Positions 57,587-64,000 of a stretch of 64,000 nucleotides of DNA are shown in pieces. Source of the DNA: Diplonema japonicum (lineage: Eukaryota > Protista > Euglenozoa: Diplonemea); NCBI GenBank assembly GCA_964019335.1, contig OZ025653.1, positions 806,001-870,000 on the forward strand. Direction: 5' to 3'. A program made the position numbers and the translations under genes. Every line of letters begins with the position of its first letter. Within the stretch, counting starts at the first letter, position 1. The notes under the pieces are model-generated. The model did no database searches, had not been told where the DNA came from, and was given only the letters and a program-made list of their open reading frames with translations.

Positions 57587-58090
57587 ATGAGTATGAAGCG
57601 AACCCTGCAGGATGTGACTGAGGCGGCATTGGAAGAGAACGCAGGTACTTTGCTGGGAGCCGTAAGCGTGGAAAACATCGAGAAAGGAACGTGCACAGAA
57701 GAGGCAATAGCTTTTGAATTATTCTTGAAGGCAGCCATGATGCAAGGGGAGGACACGTTTGACAAAGCACTTAGCATGAGCGAAAAACTATTTAGCATAC
57801 CACTACCGAAGAAGGTTAAGTGTATAGACCAAGTGAAGAATAATCCGCTACTGAAGGTAATGGAAGAGCGCCATATCGCAACCCGGAGGTTTCTTCCAGA
57901 AGAAGACCATTGCAGTAAAAGGATCAGCATGTTGGGTAGCATGAGTGGTCAACTTAAAGAAATGTGTGAAGAGGTGGTGTCGCTGAGCGATGCGCTAGCA
58001 GAGCCCTGCGATAAGAAGATGGCAATCAAGCTCAGTTTAGCAAGGCGGAGAGTAAACGCAGGTGAGATAAAAAAGGATTTGATGTCGTGA
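57587..58090 (+). CDS. Hypothetical protein (167 aa)
   Basis: ORF with TTCAG acceptor upstream; no in-frame splice to the next ORF found. Confidence 0.6.
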   Translation: MSMKRTLQDVTEAALEENAGTLLGAVSVENIEKGTCTEEAIAFELFLKAAMMQGEDTFDKALSMSEKLFSIPLPKKVKCIDQVKNNPLLKVMEERHIATRRFLPEEDHCSKRISMLGSMSGQLKEMCEEVVSLSDALAEPCDKKMAIKLSLARRRVNAGEIKKDLMS

Positions 58091-58136
58091 TATTTCCTCT
58101 TTTTCCTTTCATGTGAAGTTGCACACACAGGAAGAC

Positions 58137-59138
58137 ATGAACACGCCAGTCAAAAAGCGTGACCCCCCTTCCCTAGTCGGTGATGACAACAAAAAAGGAA
58201 AAGTGACTATGTGGATGACAGGTGGTGGAACTGCTTCGATGACGATGCCCAGCGAAAGGGGGTTGACGCTGACGCAGCAGACACAGTATTCTGTTCTGCG
58301 GCAGAAAGACGTGTGGAACGAGGTGCGTGATGAGCTGTCTGGCGAAGTGTTTTATGTAAACACTGACACTTTGAAGACAACGTGGTACATCAAAGACACG
58401 CCATTCACAAAGCCCAAAAAGCCTCTAGGGTGCCTTACAAAAACCCTCAGAGAGCGCAAGATAGACCAATGGAAGTCCATACTCTCGCAGCCCGAGGCAC
58501 CTGAGCCACCGCAAACCCCCTGCACGGCTCCTGAGAGTGTTACAGCTCCTGAGAGCGTTGCAGAACATGAGCCAGAATTAGAATCCAGCAGCTTCACATG
58601 TGGTACAGCAACTGCGACTCATGTAATGTGCCCTTACACAGGACACATGTTTCCTCAAAACATCTTCCCATGGGAGCTGGCTCACCGGCGAAGAGAAGTC
58701 CGCAGCTTCCTCATGAAGTATGGCGTTCCGGATGAGTATATTCTGCTTGCAGAACCCGAGCCATCTCTCGAGGATCTTGCAGTGTTCAACGCACGAAGCA
58801 AGAAGAGTTTTTCGTTGATGGTTTCTGAAGCTCTCTCTTGCATTAAAAGCGAGCAAGGCAGCTGGGCAGCCAAAACACTGAAGGCCCGCCTAAATGATTT
58901 ATTTAAAGAGCTCTCGGAATACGAAGAGAGTGATTCGATTCTGCCCCTCACTCTGCCGGAGAAGGGAACCCACGTCCGCCCTCATCCCACGAACTGGACA
59001 TGGGGCACCGCAGAGACTGGTAGCAAGTGCGGTGTGGTCATGGCTTCATATCCTGTTACTGGATGGGTTGCTGTCAAATGGCCTGCGACGAACTGCATCG
59101 GAACATACCACTGGGCCGATGAGCTAATACCAGCCTGA
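58137..59138 (+). CDS. WW-domain and MIB/HERC2-like domain protein
   Basis: WNEVRDELSGEVFYVNTDTLKTTW (WW); GTHVRPHPTNWTWG...GVV....GWVAVKW....GTY (MIB/HERC2-like); CACACAG acceptor 6 nt before the ATG. Confidence 0.75.
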   Translation: MNTPVKKRDPPSLVGDDNKKGKVTMWMTGGGTASMTMPSERGLTLTQQTQYSVLRQKDVWNEVRDELSGEVFYVNTDTLKTTWYIKDTPFTKPKKPLGCLTKTLRERKIDQWKSILSQPEAPEPPQTPCTAPESVTAPESVAEHEPELESSSFTCGTATATHVMCPYTGHMFPQNIFPWELAHRRREVRSFLMKYGVPDEYILLAEPEPSLEDLAVFNARSKKSFSLMVSEALSCIKSEQGSWAAKTLKARLNDLFKELSEYEESDSILPLTLPEKGTHVRPHPTNWTWGTAETGSKCGVVMASYPVTGWVAVKWPATNCIGTYHWADELIPA

Positions 59139-59261
59139 ATGGCAGCTCTGTTTCATATGTATTGTGTTTGTTAGGTTGTAACTAAAAGGCACTGTTTAAT
59201 TAGTACTGTATATGCACTCTTTGATTACTTTTACCGACCAATGTTCACTCTACCAGGCACG

Positions 59262-60155
59262 ATGGAGCTCGTTGTTTTGCAGCATGGGAGCCACGGTGAG
59301 TATGCTGATTTCAAGACTGTGATAGAAGAGCTGAAGGCGAGGCGCGAGGATATCGTCGTGTGGGGCAGCGATACATGTAAGTGGCTGGGGACAGACAAAG
59401 GAGTCAGTGCTGTTGCTGAGATTGTCGCCAAAGAACTCGACGCATATTTGTTGCCCATCCTTGAAGAGAAGCAGGTACGGGTGTGTTTCATTGGGCACTC
59501 GATGGGGGGACTGATTATCAGATCACTTATAACAAAAACTGTGAGCTTCACACACACAAATTTTACGCCGCTGATGTACATGTCTATTGCAACTCCGCAC
59601 TTAGGCATTAGACATCTCAATCCACTTGTACAGTGTGCTGCTTGGGTTTTTGGAAAATTGTGGAGCACAACATGTCTCCAACTGTTACAATACACACATG
59701 CCATGATGGAGTTGGTCGATGATAATCATATTGCTCAGCTAGCGAAGTTCAGAACACGTGTCGCTTTCGCAAATTTGAATCGAGACCACCTGGTTGGCTT
59801 CAACTCAGCTGCGTTGGTGACGGGTTCTGGGGAAATGCTTGAAGATGACCCCACGTGCACGCTTCTAAAAAATACAATGAAACTAACAAGAAGCTCACAA
59901 CCTCGAGAACAAGATTTCCTTTCTTCCTTCCCAATGTTTAATGACGGAGATGGGACATATGCAACGAAGGTTGGCTGTCAATTTGAAGCACTCAGGAGTC
60001 TCGAGTGGAATATGACTGGTGTCAGAATTAACTCGCACCTCTCACATCATCACATCATTGCTATTGGCACGTGGGGGAGAAACCCCGAGACAGGACGCCC
60101 TTGTGCACTGCACTTTGCAGAAAGAATAATAGAAGTATTTGATTCAGAGGGATGA
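59262..60155 (+). CDS. DUF676 alpha/beta-hydrolase (putative lipase/serine esterase); likely start MELVVLQHG
   Basis: LVVLQHG..G, FIGHSMGGLI.R, IATPHLG, FANL..D.LV; TACCAG acceptor at 59256. Confidence 0.9.
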   Translation: MELVVLQHGSHGEYADFKTVIEELKARREDIVVWGSDTCKWLGTDKGVSAVAEIVAKELDAYLLPILEEKQVRVCFIGHSMGGLIIRSLITKTVSFTHTNFTPLMYMSIATPHLGIRHLNPLVQCAAWVFGKLWSTTCLQLLQYTHAMMELVDDNHIAQLAKFRTRVAFANLNRDHLVGFNSAALVTGSGEMLEDDPTCTLLKNTMKLTRSSQPREQDFLSSFPMFNDGDGTYATKVGCQFEALRSLEWNMTGVRINSHLSHHHIIAIGTWGRNPETGRPCALHFAERIIEVFDSEG

Positions 60156-60276
60156 GATTTTTTTTGGATTGCAAACAAAACTGGAAACCATAGCAGACTG
60201 GGAACCAGGAAACTGTTCACAAAGACGGGAGATTTTTGAAGGGAGATTTTTGCCGGAAACAAAGGTTGTCGAAAAT

Positions 60277-60602
60277 TGTCACAATTGAAACTCCACCAAA
60301 GTTCTTAAAATCTGGGAGGTCGTCTCTTGTTACTAGAGGCGGCTAATGCCTCGAGACCCAGGTGCTGCCTGGTGGGTGGGATCGGTTTTATTTTAAAATG
60401 AAAAGAGCGTGGTGAGGGGGTCCAAGTAATTTACTACAGGGAGCAGTGGACCAGGACCGACCAATGGCTCAGTAACAGAGACTGCTTTTCACGAATCACT
60501 TTCATACACTTCTCTTGGTTTGAAGTGATATCCCTTTCCCCTTTCCCTTGAATTGTTTTCTCTACTCCCCTTCCCGCCTGGTAGTGGAATATTTATTATT
60601 AT
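60277..60602 (+). mobile_element. 5'-truncated short retroposon with (ATT)n tail and 11-bp TSD TTGTCGAAAAT
   Basis: TSD 60266-60276 / 60603-60613; near-identical second copy at 63332-63680. Confidence 0.85.
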
Positions 60603-60613
60603 TTGTCGAAAAT

Positions 60614-63120
60614 CCTTGCTGGAACACGACACCCTGGTGCTCTACGAGAAGGCACAGCGTCAACCGGGGACGACAGCGGAGAAGGCAACAAAGATATCCG
60701 GGGGTCAGATGTGGTACGGGAAAAGCTGGCGAAACACCGCGCTCGACTTGGCGAAGAGTCTCGGGATGCCGGAACGCGAAGACCTACCGCACCACTCAGT
60801 CACTCAGAGCGCAGACCTGCAGCTCCCTCCATAGGTCCAACCCAAAGTGGGCTGAGTACACGAAGGAATTGTCACAGAAGAAAGACCTGGGGCATGCTTT
60901 CAGGACGATAAAGACGCTCGATGGTAGGAAGGGCAAAGAACCTGTGGCGCCGCTGATGGCTGGTGAAAGATTACACACCACAGCGACAGAGAAGGCAGAC
61001 GCACTGGTGGACCACTACGCGGAGGCATTTGCACCGACGACATCGCGGTGGTGGTTCATGAGAAAGATGTTGAGAAACTGAACGAGAAGCTGTCGAGGAT
61101 CCTGAGGATCGTGGAGACTTGGTGCTCCTGGAACTCGATGGTGATATCAAAAGACAAGACAGAGTTCTTGCCAGTAGCGGGCATCTCATATCCCCAAAGG
61201 ACCCTAAAAGGGAAGATATCGGCAACCTTTGCGGGGGGTGAAGAGCTCAGGGTAGTTGAAAAAACAAAGCTGCTCGGAGTCACGTTTGAGGAAGACATGT
61301 TTTTCGCCGCACATACGGCAGACGTCTTGAGAAGGGCGGAAAGCAGAGTCAGGCTACTGAGAAGACTGGCAGGAACGAAGTGGGGTTGCAAGAAAGTGGT
61401 AATGAGGGCACTCTACCTCACAATCGTACAGCCAGTTTTCCGTTACTGTCTGGGGGCGTACGGACCTTTCGTGATAGGCGGGAGGGGCACGTACCACGAA
61501 GGAATCCAGAAGCTGCAGTACCGGGCAGCTTTAACGATCACAGGATGTGTAGCGACATCAGAGACATTCGCTACACTAAACGAGGCTGGCTTGTGGACAC
61601 TCGATGCGCTGATCGAACACGACAGTCTACTGCTGTACGAGTCCATCATTAGGAAGGAGAACACAGCTGCCTTTCAAGCTACACAACCCCTGAAGGATCT
61701 GACCAGATACGAGGTACTGTTCCCGAAGAAAACATGGTCAGATCGACAAAGGGAAGCAGCCAGGGCCTACAAGCTCCCAGAGAGAGCGGCAACACCATTC
61801 TCAGGTTATGCCTTTGAGAAGAAGTACAGAGTTACACCTTGGCAGAGATTCGAGGGTAAACTGATACTGGCCCCCTTCCTCGACATACATGTGAAGAGAT
61901 CGGACACCAGTGAAGTCAGAAGGAAAGCAACAGAGGACACTCTGAACGGGCTTATCGAGAAGCACGGAAAAGCCTTCTGCATGATCTTCACAGACGGGTC
62001 ATTGAAGGACGGCAGGAACGGAGGAGCTGCTGCGATACTGTTGCGAGGGGAGAGAAAAGCTTCGTATGGGGTCAGCGGTGGATCCTATACGTCATCCTAC
62101 AGGTGCGAGCAAAGGGCCATAGAGCTGGGGCTGCACCTCGCGACAAACCTCTCGAAGAGAGTGGGCACGAGCCAAGAGATGGTCCTTATTTGCACTGATT
62201 CGCAGTCGGTAATAAGGAGGATGTGCCAGGGGCACCTGTCCGCTGTCTCTGCAGACGAGTACAAACTGTGGCACGAGGTAGCGGGACTTGTAAAGAGAGG
62301 CCACAAAGTGGTCATACAGTACGTACCAAGTCACTGCGGATTCAAATGGAACGAGATGGCGGACAAGAAGGCGAAGGAGACCTGCCGGGCAGTTGCCCAC
62401 GAACAGAAGACCAGCATAGACATCGTGAAGTCACTGGTGAGAAAAAAGGTACTGGCGAGCCACCTCCTCTTCTGGAAAAAAACGGGTGTCAAGGAGACAT
62501 ACCGAGAGCTTTTCGCAGGGAATTTCGAGAAGTTTGAAGAGCTGAACAGGGAACAAGAAGTTGCGATCATGAGGCTGAGAGTGGGGAAGAGCCCCCTCAT
62601 AAGCGGGTATCTACTCAATCCCCCGGCCGATGTGGTCACATGCCACCTTTGTTCGATGCCTCAGACGCTGAGCCACCTCCTGAAAGAATGCCAGGACGAT
62701 GGTAGAGCTGACCAGAGAAGTCAGATCTTCGGTTCCTCCCTTCCTTCGCTCAAGGCCCTACTGTCAACTGACGCCGGGAAAACCGTACAATTCCTGGAAC
62801 AGCAGGGCCTGTTGTGACCAACCGTGAGATATAATCCCCTTTATAAATTATATTATAAACTAAACTTTACTTATATACTTTTCTCTCAAATTATCCTGAG
62901 TTTGAAGCTGTACTGTTATACGACTTCAGACAGCAATTGTTTCTAACTCAATCTCTCGACTCTGGCTTCACTCCTATCCTTTCTTTTCACCTCCCTCCCC
63001 AGTGTCTTCCCTTATTTTCCATTACCAGGCCCCTGACCCCCGCCCCCAGTGTTATTCAAATTTTTCACTCACCTTTCATATAGAAAGAAAAAAGAAAAAA
63101 AAAAAGAAAAAAAAGAAGGA
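60614..63120 (+). mobile_element. Internally deleted ingi/I-group-like non-LTR retrotransposon (linker, RT C-terminal half, RNase H, CCHC knuckle, 3' UTR, A-rich tail)
   Basis: KWAEY..EL...AFRTIK...EKADALVDHY linker abuts DDIAVVV; W.....MVISKDKTE, KLLGVTF, FTDGS, CTDSQS, YVPSHCG..WNEMAD..AK, CHLC...SHLLKEC; ORF ends at 62817. Confidence 0.9.
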
Positions 63121-63267
63121 CAGATGATTCAAGCTTCGGTGTACACGATCGAGCTTGATTTGAATTCCTTTATTTTTGAGAAAAAAAAAGAAAAAAAAAA
63201 AAGAAGAATATATAAAAAAAAAAAAAAAAAAAAAACTGTAGAACGAAACTTAATTGAATTGAATTTA

Positions 63268-63680
63268 TTGGCTCCCGAAAGCCCAACAAGTCCAGCAGAC
63301 GGTGGAGTTTCACAGTCAGCTGGTTAATTTTTCACAATTGAAACTCCTCCAAAGTTCTTAAAATCTGGGAGGTCGTCTCTTGTTGCTAGAGGCGGCTAAT
63401 GCCTCGAGACCCAGGTGCTGCCTGGTGGGTGGGATCGGTTTTATTTTATTATGAAAAGAGCGTGGTGAGGGGGTCCAAGTAATTTACAACAGGGAGCAGC
63501 GGACCAGGACCCCTCGACCAATGGCTCAGTAACAGAGACTGCTTTTCACGAATCACTTTCAAACACCTCTCTTGGTTTGAAGTGATGTCCCTTTCCCTTT
63601 CCCTTGAATGGTTTTCTCTACTCCCCTTCGATCCTCCCGCCTGGTAGTGGAATATTTATTATTATTATTATTATTATTAT
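63268..63680 (+). mobile_element. Longer copy of the (ATT)n-tailed short retroposon
   Basis: 63332-63680 aligns with 60279-60602; upstream ggtggagtttca (63301-63312) is complementary to tgaaactccWcc inside the shared part, so the element extends 5'; exact 5' end uncertain. Confidence 0.75.
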
Positions 63681-63692
63681 TTTGGAAAAAAA

Positions 63693-64000
63693 ATTGCCGC
63701 CGAAGCCGCACACATAGCTGACGCCACACACCCCCTCGAAGCCGCACGCACTGCGGCCGACGTCGAACTCGCGGGAATCGCTGCTGATTTGGAAGCTGCA
63801 CGCGAGTCGGCCGACGTGGTAGCTGCAGAAATAGCAGCTAAGATGAAGGCTGCGCAGGAGGTGGCTGATGCTGCTGTTGTCAAAATGGCAGCCGAGACGG
63901 AAGCTGCACGCGTGGCTGGTGTGGAGGCTGCTCGCAGAGCAGTCGAGGCAGAGGAGAAGGCTCTGCGCGAGCGGTCTACTGCACGACTTGCGGCAGAGGA
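63693..64000 (+). CDS. Ala/Glu-rich helical reading frame running off the window (host gene fragment or retroelement ORF)
   Basis: Open frame IAAEAAHIADATHPLEAARTAADVELAG...; first ATG at 63843; start uncertain. Confidence 0.5.
   Translation, partial: MAAEAAHIADATHPLEAARTAADVELAGIAADLEAARESADVVAAEIAAKMKAAQEVADAAVVKMAAETEAARVAGVEAARRAVEAEEKALRERSTARLAAE

Noticed and set aside
60312-60350. HDV-like (Pr77-type) ribozyme suggested by ctcttgttRctagaggcggctaatgcc
   Set aside because: A P4-like hairpin and GCTAA are present, but no upstream P2/P3 partner strands could be found, and it is internal to the element.
63266-63352. Twister-like motif (ggctcccgaaagccc...ggtggag)
   Set aside because: Loop and pseudoknot nucleotides do not fit the twister consensus by eye; an Infernal/Rfam scan would settle it.
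60277-63680. LTR retrotransposon with 330-bp LTRs
   Set aside because: The first repeat has its own 11-bp TSD and (ATT)n tail, there are no TG...CA ends, and the RT/RNase H is non-LTR type.

Overview
Gene-dense eukaryotic nuclear DNA, most consistent with a euglenozoan, probably a diplonemid. This is an inference from unidirectional gene clusters, very short intergenic spacers with AG acceptors just upstream of ATGs, a DUF1935-type acylated calpain, an ingi-like LINE and frequent cis-introns. All genes I recognise from 1-17 kb are on the minus strand: partial acylated protein, unknown protein, PPR protein, Cys-rich surface protein, PHO80/U-type cyclin, CH/EF-hand protein and DBP2. All from 24-60 kb are on the plus strand: degenerate Rab-EF-hand, MLO-B-box, two RPL14 copies, IQ protein, coiled-coil protein, MFSD5-like transporter, dual-specificity phosphatase, TRAPPC6, pseudo-calpain, divergent dynein heavy chain, PDK1-FYVE, WW/MIB-HERC2, DUF676 and two unknown proteins. 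I reconstructed 34 GT-AG introns of only 31-65 nt by hand. The divergent strand-switch region (17.4-23.9 kb) is filled with nested non-autonomous CAG-ended DNA transposons with 7-bp TSDs. Their copies differ almost exclusively by CpG->TpG/CpA changes (14/14 CpGs lost in one 160-bp alignment), pointing to a repeat-targeted methylation or RIP-like defence. Other highlights are a dynein with a dead AAA1 and its stalk/MTBD replaced by a beta-rich domain, an MLO fused to His-rich and B-box modules, a stop codon lying downstream of the next gene's probable trans-splice acceptor, and an intron presence/absence difference between near-identical RPL14 copies. All domain calls are by-eye motif recognition; no searches were run.
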